Assembly: GCF_009914755.1 (NCBI RefSeq)
Contig: NC_060931.1
Direction: 5' to 3' (one strand)
DNA length: 64,000 nt
Origin: the human T2T-CHM13v2.0 reference genome, Homo sapiens
A model generated the notes under the pieces. The model ran no database searches. It was not told where the DNA came from and was given only the letters and a program-made list of their open reading frames with translations. This document shows, piece by piece, positions 35,270-49,552 of the stretch. The position numbers were made by a program, and so were the translations under genes. Positions within the stretch are counted from its first letter, which is position 1. The number at the start of each line of letters is the position of its first letter.

Positions 35270-36510
35270 AGAGAGAAATAGGCAAAGGGCTGAGTAGACA
35301 TTCCTCCAAAGATATACAAATAGCCAAGAAGCACATCAAAAGATGCTCAACATCATTAATCATTAGGAAAATGCATATCAAAACCATAATGAGGTACCAC
35401 TTCGTACCCAGTAGGATGGCCAAAAATTTTTTAAAGGAAAATAACAAGTGTTGGCAAGGATGAGAATAAATTAGAACCCTTGTACAATTTCTGGTGAGAA
35501 TGTAAAATGCAGCTTCTGTAGAAAACAGTTTGGTTCTCCACAGAAAACCATGATCATAGGAACACTATTCACAACTCCTCAAAAGTGAACACTGCCCAAA
35601 AGTCCATCAATGGATGAAAGAATAAACAAAATGTAGTATATACTTATAATGCAATATTATTCAGCTTTAAAAAGGCAGAAAATCCTTTCATACGCTATAA
35701 CATGGATGAACCTTCAAGACATTACACTAAATGAAATTAGCCAGTCACAAAAAGACAAATAAATGTGAGCCCACCTGTATGAGGTATCTAAAATAGTTAT
35801 ATTCATAGAAACAAAGTAGAATGGTAGTTACTGGGAGCTAGAAGGACAGGGAAATCAAGGAACATTGTTTAATGAGTATACATATTCAGTTTTGCAAGAT
35901 GAAAAGTTTCTGGAGATCTGTTGCACAACAATGCAAATATATTTAACACTAATGAACACTTAAAAATGGTTAAGATAGTAAATTTTGTTATGTGATTTTA
36001 CCAGAATTTTTTTAAAGGCAAGATACTACTCAGCATAAAGTTATACATGCACTGGAACAATAAAAATTCTAAATACAAGATAATGGTTATTTCTGGGGAG
36101 AGAAAGGAAGGACTCTATAGGCATCTCAACTCTATCCATACTGTTTTCTTACTGAAAATCTGAGGCAAATATGAAAATATTAAGATTTGAAACAAAACAT
36201 TATGCAAGTGAAAGAAGCCAGACACAAGAGGCCACATACTATTATATATGATTCCATTTTTATATGAAATATACAGAATAGGTAAATCCATATAGACAGA
36301 ATGCAGATTGGTGATTGCCAGGATGTTAGGGGAGGAAGGAGTAGGGAGTAACTGTTTAATGGGAATAGGGCTTTCTTTTGGGGACACGAAAATGTCTTAG
36401 AACTAGATAGATGTGGTAGTTGCACAATATTGTGAATGTACTAAATGCCACTGAATTGTTAACTTTAAAATGATTAATTACATATTATATAAATTTCACT
36501 TCAATTAAAA
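35270..36510 (+). mobile_element. Two L1M (L1MB-like) 3' fragments (~35270-36010 and ~36190-36510)
   Basis: ORF2 remnant KHIKRCSTSLIIRKMHIKTIMRYHF; L1MB 3' UTR motifs (gaaagaagccagacacaa, aatgtactaaatgccactgaattg). Confidence 0.75.
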
Positions 36511-37670
36511 CAAACTAAGGAAAGGGAGAATTTCAAGAAGGAATGGTATTCACTGAAAAGGGTCAAATGCTGCACAAGGGTTAAGAAGGATGTACACTAA
36601 GAGGTCATGAGATTTGGCAAGTAGGAAGTCCTTTAGGAGATATGTGCCAGTAGTCAGACTGTTGTGGGTTGCATGAGATGGGCAGTAGTTTGTGGGAGTC
36701 TTGAGCATTTTGTAGGATAAGGAGAGTCACTGAAGGGGAAAAGACTGACAATAAAGGAGAGGAGATATTTGTACAGCAAGAGTAGGAAGAGACATAAAAG
36801 GGTAGAGAGGGTCAACAGAATCCTAATAGTGGAGAGAAATGAGTAAGTTATAGGGGTAAATTTGTGATTTCCCAATTTCACTTGGAAAGGAGAAACTGAG
36901 TTAAAACTTGATAACTCCATTTTTCTAAGAATGAAGAAGCAGGGTGTAGGGCTTGAAGCGAGTGATAAAGCCATGGGAGCTGACCAAAAATGGACAAAAG
37001 GGCTGTCTGAGCAGCTTTGAGGGCTTTAGTAGAAATCATAAATATCTCCCTCGCACACACAAACCCACAATTAAAAAGTTCAACTGTTAAAGGTATTGCA
37101 TGATTAATAGTATGTCTCACAAATTGCTCATTAGAAATAAAACCACTGCCTAGACTCATCTGTATGACACATGATACTGGATTTGTGAAATATTATGAAT
37201 ATACTTAAAAATAGTATTCATGTAACACAACAGAAAGATCACTCAGTGAGAACTACAGAAAGATAGCAAATTGAAATCTACTGAAGAAATATTAAATACC
37301 AAACATTCAGCTAGAAAAAGAAATGAAATATCTCTAGGAGACAACTTACTACTGAAGAAAGATATAAATAAATATTTCACCAGAATTTTGAAATAATGGA
37401 ACTATTTAAAAATTGACAAGGAAAGGGCAGTTGATGATTGCCTTGATAAATTACATAGTTAATTTCTTTGAAAAAAAAAAAAAAAAAGGATATGCCCTAA
37501 AGTTTAAAATAAACTATTTTAAAAGTATACTTTTAAAAAGTAACTGGTAGAGCATATTAAATGGAAATTAAAAACAATTTTAAAACCATAAAATGCTTGC
37601 TAATTGAAAACTAAGACTAATCGTAACTAGCTATTAACAGTAAATACCTTTTAACAAATTTTCAACTACT

Positions 37671-38201
<531 letters not shown>

Positions 38202-38494
38202 TCAAATGATGACATATAATATGCACATTAGGTGCCTTCTAGAATTCTATGGGCATTAGAAGATTTTTGCATAATATTACAGCAATTCTTGGAAATGAAA
38301 TTTCCCTCTATAGATTTTAGTTTAGACTTGTATAGCTGCTAACGACACCAATTATTTGTTTGACTATAGGCTAAATAACAGAGTTGAAAGAAATCTCTGC
38401 TTTCTAGTTGCCAACACAGAAACATGAAGTGCAAGATTTTCACAGAATAGTGAATATGATAAAAATATAAAATCATGGAACTTTAAATATACTT

Positions 38495-38895
38495 TTTTAA
38501 CTGCAGTACAATATATCTAACATAAAATTTATCATTTTAACCATTTTTAAGTGTATAGCTCAGTAACATTAAGTACATTCACATTGTTGTGCAACCATCA
38601 CCACTAACCATTTTTTATCATCTCAAACTATATATTTTATTTATTTATATTGTGGTGAAAAACACATACATTTGCCATCTTAACCATTTTTAAGTGTATA
38701 GTTTACTAGTATTAAGTATACCTGTATTGATTCACATTGTTGTGAAACAGATCTCCAGAACGTTTTTATCTTGCAAATCTGAAAATCTATGCCCATTAAA
38801 CTCCCCTTTTCCCTTCTGCCCCCAACCCCTGGTAACCACCATTCTATTTTGTTTCTATGAGTTTAACTACTTTAGATACCTCAAATAAGTGGAAG
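38495..38895 (-). mobile_element. L1MB 3'-end fragments (two adjacent)
   Basis: ttaaccatttttaagtgtatag occurs twice; ccctggtaaccaccattcta motif. Confidence 0.7.
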
Positions 38896-39423
38896 CACAT
38901 TTTTTTTAATCTAAAATTATTAGTGGTCACTGAAGAAAAGGGATTTTTTGCTTGTTTTGTTTTGCTGATAGTTTGGCCTGACCTCAATCAATAAAGTGAA
39001 TGAATTTTATATGGCACAATTATATTTCATAAGCCTTGTTAATGATCCATTCTTGAATACAGAAACCAAATGTCATCATGTTGAAAAACGACTAATTAGA
39101 TGGTCAGGTAGTATTTGACTTTGAAGTTATTTATAAAATTTTAATTTTTCTTTGAATGTTAAATGAAACAGCATAAGAAGTATGAGATAGAAAGGTCAGA
39201 GAACAGGGTGGATTTAATGACTGTATTCTCTTGCAGTTAGCATTAATTATTACTGTATGTAGCCTTTGTTGTGTAACACTCTTAAGTTTTCATTGAGTGG
39301 AGAATTATCTGGGTTTTAGTTCTAGTTCTGCCATCTATGTGATCTTGGGCAAATAATTTAATTTCTCTAAAGTTATGCATTATTATCCTTACTAGTATTC
39401 TAATGCATATATAAAGAATATAG

Positions 39424-39776
<353 letters not shown>

Positions 39777-40874
39777 TTAAGGGTAGAGTTATAAGGATAA
39801 ACAGGATGTGATATATGAAAAAGCTCTGACATATTAAGCTTTGAAATACACATTGAATATTAGAGAGATTTCATCCCTTCCAAACTTCTCTTCATTTTTA
39901 TGTGTCTTCTGAAAATTTTATGTTACCGTAGGAAACTAAAAAGTTATGCTCCCTTACTGCCAGTTTCCTATTTATTAGATGACACATTTCAACAAAAAAC
40001 TCAGATTAAAAAATGGTCAACATTTGCTGTGACTATGGCTAGAAAGAAGGAATAAATAGGATACCAGGATAAACAAGAATTTCCCTAGCTTCTCATTCAC
40101 TCTCTCATAACCTCCCACCCAAAAGTCTATCTTAAATATAGTTTCAGAGTATGGAGAGGACTGAGGAATGCAGAATGAAATGACAGGTTAATATTAGAAA
40201 TGCCATTGTGGGAGACTCTCAGGAATGATTTCAACCTTCACCTGCAGTTTCACTTAAATCACACCAGGTATAGAATCATTGTGACTCAGTGGTTTATGCA
40301 ACAATCTGGAAACTCAGGACCTGTAAGCTTTGGCCATGTGTCTGACATTTGTTTTCCACAAGTAAGCTAATCATGTTCACTCACTGTGCTTCATTTAGCT
40401 TTTATCTATTAATGAAGAAAATGATATGAAATTACTTCCCAGGGTTGTAAAAAAAAAAAAAAGAACAGAACTCACAAAGAGCTATAAAATGCTGTGAAAG
40501 CCATAACAAAGGTAGCTTGTATGAGTATAGATGTGAAAACACCCCAAAAGTTAAAATTTCCACACATTTAAAGCATTAATTTTACCTGAGCTAAGGGAAA
40601 AAAAAGGTAATATGAACATGAAACAAGTAGATCATCCTGAAACCTCTTTTGGATTATTAGTTTTAAATTCCTTCCCACTCAGACCTTCACAAAAGTAGTA
40701 AGAAGAGAGATTTTTTTAAAAATGAAATTTAGCTTTCTTCTCATTCCTCCTGTATTTACCCAGAGTGATGTAGCTAGTGAGTAGGAAAAGGGCCTAAAGA
40801 GATGAGGAAGGAGGTAAAAAAGCACAAGACCCAGAAATCATTAACGGTCTTTAACCAGTTATTATTTTGTGTTT

Positions 40875-41179
<305 letters not shown>

Positions 41180-41569
41180 TATTTTGTGTTTTCTATGAGT
41201 AAGTATATAGTACACCACTGCTGAAACATTATCTCATTAAGCCAGCACCAGGTGGCTTTCCTAAAAGAGGAAACTGATGCTTAGACAGCTTAAGTGACTT
41301 ACCCTGAACAAGAAATGGAACAGGTTTTTGAACCTTCATTTCTCTGACTTCAGAGCCCACGCTCTTTATTACTGCCCTATTCTGTTTCAAGAAAAGCAAA
41401 ATTTACTTATGGAATAAATGTCAACTGAACCTCTCCTAAAAGTTTATCGGAAGTCAGGTTACTCTGGAGATTCTCCCCATCTCCCCCATGGCCATATGGG
41501 TTATGTTGTGACATACCCACATATTGCTGCATGTCTGCTTAATGTTCTTTTCTTTCCTTTAAAAGTTTA

Positions 41570-41700
41570 TTTTATTTTACTTTATAGATACGGGGTTTCG
41601 CCATGTTGGCCAGGCTGGTCTCGAACTCCTGGCCTCAAGTGATGTGCTCGCCTCAGCCTCCCGAAATGCTGGGCTTACAGGCGTGAGCCACTGAGTGCAT
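41570..41700 (-). mobile_element. Alu left monomer / FLAM
   Basis: Single monomer with A-tail. Confidence 0.75.
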
Positions 41701-42047
41701 CCTAATGTTCTCTTCCTAATCAGATTCTTTATACTTTCTACTCTCTCTCAAGGCTTCAAATCGCTAATTCTACCCCATGGCATACATTCAGCTTCTGCCC
41801 TTGCTGCATAATGACTTACTCTTTCTAGGTTTCCAAATTCAGATTCCTAAGAGTGAGAACTGATTGGCCCAGACCATCTTCTTATACCAGGACATAGGTT
41901 GCTGGCCAGTCTGTATGGGCTGATTAACTTCTCAACTGCCCAAACACGTGGCTGTGACAGAGGATAGGCAGAGCAGTAAATTTCCCTGAGACTATAGTAT
42001 AGGTAGGTGAGCTTTCTAAAGCTGGACCTACCATGTGCCATTTTTAA

Positions 42048-42695
<648 letters not shown>

Positions 42696-43306
42696 CACTT
42701 CTTACTTTTATTTTTGTTGTTTCATGTATTGGCTCCTAATATCTCTCATTCCCTTCTCTCTCATTCACAATTTATCAGAAAAGTACCAGATTACTATTTT
42801 CCTCATTTCCATAATTTTGCTTCTATCCTCAGAAACCTCTTGTGGCTCCCATGCCTACAGTATCAACATTCTCCAGAGCCTAGTCTACTTTGGAGCTTTC
42901 ACATCTATACAAATGTTCTACTTCAAACTTCTGCTTTGCTGTCTTCATGCTTATCACTTCTCTTGCCTGGGCGTTCTACTTCCTGTTCAAACCTAATTTA
43001 ACTTACCCTTTAAGGTCTACCTCTGTGACCACCCCATGCTGACAGCCCGGTCCACAATTCTCTCTCCTCAGAACTGTTAAATCACTTATTATCTGTATCA
43101 CTCTTTCACATTTATTAACTTAAAGTAACTAAGAGTTTATTGTTTTTCCTGTCTCCTGAACTAAGATATTCATTCCTTAGGAGTAGGAGCCATCTCTATA
43201 ACATTTTTGTATCTGACACACACAGCATAAACCCTCATATGTTGATATGTTAAAAAGCCATATGTAGATTGAAACAAGACCTAAATGTATTGAAAAGAAG
43301 AAAAAG

Positions 43307-43563
43307 CCACTTTGAGAGGCCGAGGTGGGTGGATCACGAGGTCAGGAGATCGAGACCATCCTGGCTAACATGGTGAAACCCTGTCTCTACTAAAAATACA
43401 AAAAAATTAGTCAGGCATGGGGGCGGGCGCCTGTAGTCCAAGCTACTCGGGAGGCTGAGGCAGGAGAATGGCATGGAACCCGGGAGGTGGAGCTTGCAGT
43501 GAGCCGAGATCACGCCACTGCACTCCAGCCTGGGCGACAGAGTGAGACTTTGTCTCAAAAAAA

Positions 43564-43595
<32 letters not shown>

Positions 43596-43596
43596 A
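43307..43596 (+). mobile_element. AluY, 5'-truncated, with (GAA)n in tail
   Basis: AluY diagnostics. Confidence 0.9.
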
Positions 43597-43651
43597 GCTA
43601 GCAAGGTACCAAGGAAAGCACTGCTAAGCCTTTCCAAAGAACTGAAATCCT

Positions 43652-43958
43652 GGCGGGGCTTGGTGGTTCACGCCTGTAATCCCAGCACTTTGGGAGGCCG
43701 AGGTGGGTTAATCATTTGAGGTCAGGGGTTCGAGACTAGCCTGGCCAACGTTGTGAAACCCCATCTCTACTAAAAATTCAAAAAAATTAGCCGGGCGTGG
43801 TGGCAGGCACCTGTAAGCCCAGCTACTGGGAGGCTGAGGCAGGAGAATCACTTGAACCAGGAGGCTCAGGTTGCAGTGAGCCGAGATCGCGCCACTGCAC
43901 TCCAGCCTGTGCGACTAAGGAAGACTCCATCTCAAAAAAGAAAAAAAAAGAAAAAAAA
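43652..43958 (+). mobile_element. AluS
   Basis: Alu consensus; TSD AAAGAAYTGAAATCCT. Confidence 0.9.
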
Positions 43959-44580
43959 GAATTGAAATCCTTGGAGATAGTTTACATAAATTTTCCCAAA
44001 CCTAGCAGTAGATGCCAAAGGTAGCCGCTGAGAACTCAAGAAACTCTCAAGTGTTGCAAGAAAGAGAGAGAAGCTTGCCAATAAGACGAAACATTTTAAA
44101 AAAGACTAAAAACACCAGCCAAAATGGGACTCAATACCTTAAACAAGTAACACTTCTTACCCAACACTATACCAAACCGTACTAGACTGTTACACAACTT
44201 GTTCAGCATATCTTCTTTACCGATCATTGTCTGGTTGGTACATTCTTTTGAACCATCAAAAGCAGAGGCACTTCTGATCATCCTTCCATTTCTCTTCCTA
44301 CAGTCGAATTTCTCTCCCATTTCTGAGGGGAAAGGGCCATCTACAATAAGCATGATCAAGCCCTGATTCTGGCATTTCCTCACATCCCGTGAAACTCAGT
44401 CTCAGTATCTGGTTAAAGTAAAATACTGCGGGCCCTTTTTTCAAATAAAGTTTACCTTAGAAATTAAACTATTCCTCTAAGTGAATTTTTGAAATACAGA
44501 GCAAAACTGTATCTCTTTGCATGCACACACATATATAAATGCATAGGAAAAAATTTGGAAGGGCATAACTTGAAGTGCAT

Positions 44581-46684
44581 TTTTTTCTTTTTTCTTTTTT
44601 TTGTTTTTTTGTTTTTGTTTTGTTTTGTTTTGTTTTTTATTGATCATTCTTGGGTGTTTCTCACAGAGGGGGATTTGGCAGGGTCATGGGACAATAGTGG
44701 AGGGAAGGTCAGCAGATAAACAAGTGAACAAAGGTCTTTGGTTTTCCTAGGCAGAGGACCCTGCGGCCTTCCGCAGCGTTTGTGTCCCTGGGTACTTGAG
44801 ATTAGGGAGTGGTGATGACTCTTAATGAGCATGCTGCCTTCAAGCATCTGTTTAACAAAGCACATCTTGCACCGCCCTTCATCCATTTAACTCTGAGTGG
44901 ACACAGCACATGTTTCAGAGAGCACAGGGTTGGGGGTAAGGTCACAGATCAACAGGATCCCAAGGCAGAAGAATTTTTCTTAGTACAGAACAAAATGAAA
45001 AGTCTCCCATGTCTACTTCTTTCTACACAGACACGGCAACCATCCGACTTCTCAATCTTTTCCCCACCTTTCCCGCCTTTCTATTCCACAAAGCCGCCAT
45101 TGTCATCCTGGCCGTTCTCAATGAGCTGCTGGGCACACCTCCCAGACGGGGTGGTGGCCGGGCAGAGGGGCTCCTCACTTCCCAGTAGGGGCGGCCGGGC
45201 AGAGGCGCCCCTCACCTCCCGGAAGGGACGGCTGGCCGGGCGGGGGGCCGACCCCCCCACCTCCCACCCGGACGGGGCGGCTGGCCAGGCAGAGGGGCTC
45301 CCCACCTCCCAGTAGGGGCGGCCGGGCAGAGGCGCCCCTCACCTCCCGGACGGGACGGCTGGCCGGGCGGGGGGCTGACCCCCCCACCTCCCTCCCGGAC
45401 GGGGCGGCTGGCCGGGCAGGGGGCTGACCCCCCCACCTCCCTCCCGGACTGGGCGGCTGGCCGGGCGGGGGGCTGACCCCCCCCACCTCCCTCCCGGACT
45501 GGGCGGCTGGCCGGGCGGGGGGCTGACCCCCCCACCTCCCTCCCGGACGGGGCGGCTGGCCGGGCAGAGGGACTCCTCACTTCCCAGTAGGGGCGGCCGG
45601 GCAGAGGCGCCCCTCACCTCCTGGACCGGGCGGCTGGCCGGGCGGGGGGCTGACCCCCCCACCTCCCTCCCGGACGGGGCGGCTGGCCGGGCGGGGGTCT
45701 GACCCCCCCACCTCCCTCCCGGACGGGGCGACTGGCCGGGCAGAGGGGCTCCTCACTTCCCAGTAGGGGCGGCCGGGCAGAGGCGCCCCTCACCTCCCGG
45801 ACGGGGCGGCTGGCGGGATGGGGGGGCTGACCCCCCCACCTCCCTCCCAGACGGGGCGGCTGGCCGGGCGGGGGGCTGACGCCCCCACCTCCCTCCCGGA
45901 CGGGGCGGCTGGCCTGGCGGGGGGCTGACCCCCCCACCTCCCTCCCGGACGGGGCGGCTGGCCTGGCGGGGGGCTGACCCCCCCACCTCCCTCCCGGACA
46001 GGGTGGCTGCCAGGCGGAGACGCTCCTCACTTCCCAGACGGGGTGGCTGCCGGGCGGAGGGTCTCCTCACTTCTCAGACGGGGCGGCCGGGCAGAGACGC
46101 TCCTCACCTCCCAGACGGGGTGGCAGCCGGGCAGGGGCGCTCCTCACATCCCAGACGGGGCGGCGGGGCAGAGGCGCTCCCCACATCCCAGACGATGGGC
46201 GGCCGGGCAGAGACGCTCCTCACTTCCTAGATGTGATGGCGGCCGGAAGAGGCGCTCCTCACTTCCCAGATGGGATGGCGGCCGGGCAGAGAGGCTCCTC
46301 ACTTCCTAGATGTGATGGCGGCCAGGCAGAGACGCTCCTCACTTCCCAGACGGGGTGGCGGCCGGGCAGAGGCTGCAATCTCGGCACTTTGGGAGGCCAA
46401 GGCAGGCGGCTGGAAGGTGGAGGTTGTAGCGAGCCGAGATCACGCCACTGCACTCCAGCCTGGGCACCATTGAGCACTGAGTGAACCAGACTCCGTCTGC
46501 AATCCCGGCACCTCGGGAGGCCGAGGCTGGCGGATCACTCGCGGTTAGGAGCTGGAGACCAGCCCGGCCAACACAGCGAAACCCCGTTTCCACCAAAAAA
46601 ATACGAAAACCAGTCAGGCGTGGCGGCGCGCGCCTGCAATTGCAGGCACTCCGCAGGCGGAGGCAGGAGAATCAGGCAGGGAGG
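44581..46684 (-). mobile_element. SVA (SVA_D-like), 5'-truncated within the Alu-like domain
   Basis: On the - strand: Alu-like domain ~46370-46684, VNTR ~45140-46370, SINE-R ~44640-45140 ending gaatgatcaataaa plus a patterned A tail. D-type diagnostics (ggttttcgtattttttt, cactccctaatctcaagtaccc). No hexamer. Confidence 0.92.
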
Positions 46685-46687
46685 CTC

Positions 46688-47281
<594 letters not shown>

Positions 47282-47390
47282 CTGAAGTGCATATTTCTGG
47301 AGTGGATGTATTAGTTGGATTATTTTAACAGAAATATTTTCCTTTTTTTGAAGAAGTAAATAAACTATATCCTGTTACACCTATTTTCTT

Positions 47391-47661
<271 letters not shown>

Positions 47662-47909
47662 TGACCAATCTGCTCTGTAAAAAAAGGTTTGTGGGTATAA
47701 ATGACGAAAGTCAGTTCATGGATCAAATCCTTCAGTTCTGTCACATTGTGAGAGGCCACTGTTGTGAAAGTAAAATAACTTCTATTCTAGTTACGGCTCT
47801 GCTAAGAATACGCTGGGGGATGTCAGGAAGTCGCTTTATTTGTAAAATGATGAGTTAGACCAGAATATATTCTCTGATAGAAGTTTACAAAGATGAATAA
47901 AGATTTATA

Positions 47910-48207
47910 GGCTAGGCGCGGTGGCTCACGCCTAAAATCCCAACACTTTCGGAAGCTGAGGATCCCTAGTGCACAGGAATTCGAGATCAGCCTGGGCAAC
48001 CTGGTGAGACCCCCTTCTCTACCAAAAATAAATAAATAAATAAATAATAAATTTTTAAAATGTATTAGCTGGGCTTGGTGACGTACTGAGGCAGGAGGAT
48101 GCCTTGAGCCCAGGAGTTCAAGGCTGCAGCGAGCCGTGATCATAGCACTGCACTTTGGCATGGGAGATAGAGCAAGACCTTAGCTCTAAAAAAAAAAAAA
48201 AAAAAAA
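47910..48207 (+). mobile_element. AluJ
   Basis: Alu consensus; TSD-like AGATTTATA. Confidence 0.85.
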
Positions 48208-48541
48208 TTAATAGATTTATAAAGTCCATTCTATGGAGGAAAGTCTCTTATTCAGTTATGAACTGCTGCGAACCTAAAGGCAGGAAGGCAAATTCCCTTC
48301 AGTTCGGCAAACACGAAGACCCCACATTCGCGTCGTCTGTGAAGAAGGCACTCCGAACCTCAGGCGCTCACTCGCCAGGTTTAAGAGGATGAGCAAAGAA
48401 TAAAAGTCCTCTCACCCAGGAAGCGTTTCGCTTCCCTTAGCTGGAGCCACGCTCCAAGGTGCCAAAGCCTAATTGCTGTCCACTCTCACCAATCCGTTAG
48501 CAAGATGAGCATCTACCTGCTGCGAACGTGGCGGTGACACT

Positions 48542-48610
48542 ACTACAGCTCCCAGCCTGCCTCCCGCCCGCCCCCACTCCTGGACTCCACAGACCGTGAC
48601 TTGTAGTCCC
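48542..48610. promoter_or_regulatory. Two opposed ACTACA-type (ZNF143/THAP11-like) motifs
   Basis: ACTACAGCTCCCAG on + (48542-48555) and GGGACTACAAGTC on - (48598-48610). Confidence 0.55.
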
Positions 48611-49010
48611 AGCCCACGGCTGGCGGCGGTGCGGGACTCCTGAAAACTGCTTTTCCTCCCTAGTAGGCGGTGAGACCGCAAATTCCATCAGAATCCTACT
48701 CTGACCCACTAGGGCTTGGCCCGCTCAGAGTCGCATTCCCTCCTCCAAATGAACCAACTCTCCTCCCAGCGATACTCCGACCTCTGAGCACCCCGGGCGG
48801 GGCCACGCCCCGGAAATGGAGTCAGGTCTCCAGGCCGCCCGCTGAAGTGCCTTCCAGCCACTCCAAGCGGGGCTGGGGCCGGCGGGGCGGGCTTGGGGGC
48901 GTGGCCGGGAGGCGGGCGGGGATGCATCTGCGGGCGCAGCGCTTGGGGCGGAGCCGCAGCGCGAGGCCGCGCATCTGGGTGGCGGCGGGGACGCGCCCGT
49001 GGGGAGAGGC

Positions 49011-49034
49011 GGCTGCGGCTGCGGCTGCGGCTGC
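49011..49034 (+). repeat. (GGCTGC)4 hexamer repeat
   Basis: Seen directly. Confidence 0.9.
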
Positions 49035-49106
49035 TGGCGGGGGGTGGGGGGGAGGAGGAACCGGGAAGGGGGGGCAGGGCGAGCGGAGAGCTAGCTGTGT
49101 TCCTGA

Positions 49107-49140
<34 letters not shown>
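49107..49140 (+). repeat. Pure (GGC)11 trinucleotide repeat
   Basis: Counted directly: 34 bp of uninterrupted GGC. Confidence 0.95.
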
Positions 49141-49172
49141 TCTCCGACGGAGGAGGAGGGCGGGGAAGGAGG

Positions 49173-49205
49173 ATGGAGCAAGCTGGGGGTTGGGGTTGGC
49201 GCTAG
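49173..49205 (+). other. Candidate upstream ORF (MEQAGGWGWR*)
   Basis: ATG in strong Kozak context (AggATGG) with TAG at 49203-49205. Relevant only if transcripts start upstream of 49173. Confidence 0.45.
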
Positions 49206-49453
49206 CCGCAGCGGCTCGCCTGGTACTGTGGGAGAGCGGCGGCTGCTCCTGGAAGTTGTGGTGTCGGGAGCCCAGCCGGTGCCGCCGCAGCCGCCGCCTA
49301 GGGCGGTGGGGAGGAGGAGGGAGCCGCGGGGCTTGGCGGGGTCGGGAGGGAGGGACGTGCTGGGGGAACGAGCTGGGGAAGACGGAGCGGGCTCTGTGCC
49401 GGGCGGGCGGGCGGCGGGGGGGCCAGCGACCGCAGCCGGGGGGACGCGGGAGG

Positions 49454-49552
49454 ATGGAGCAAGTGGAGATCCTGAGGAAATTCATCCAGAGGGTCCAGGC
49501 CATGAAGAGTCCTGACCACAATGGGGAGGACAACTTCGCCCGGGACTTCATG
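49454..49552 (+). CDS. PTPN12: PTPN12 (PTP-PEST, non-receptor tyrosine phosphatase 12) coding exon 1, 33 codons
   Basis: Translation MEQVEILRKFIQRVQAMKSPDHNGEDNFARDFM is the recognised N-terminus of PTP-PEST. Strong Kozak gggAggATGG, canonical donor ATG|GTGAGT at 49552/49553 (phase 0), inside a CpG island. Confidence 0.96.

Noticed and set aside
44096-44383. 95-aa minus-strand ORF and a strong-looking + strand acceptor (..ttcctacag, 44303) in unique DNA
   Set aside because: No recognisable homology, no poly-A/TSD and no partner exon; cannot be supported without RNA data.
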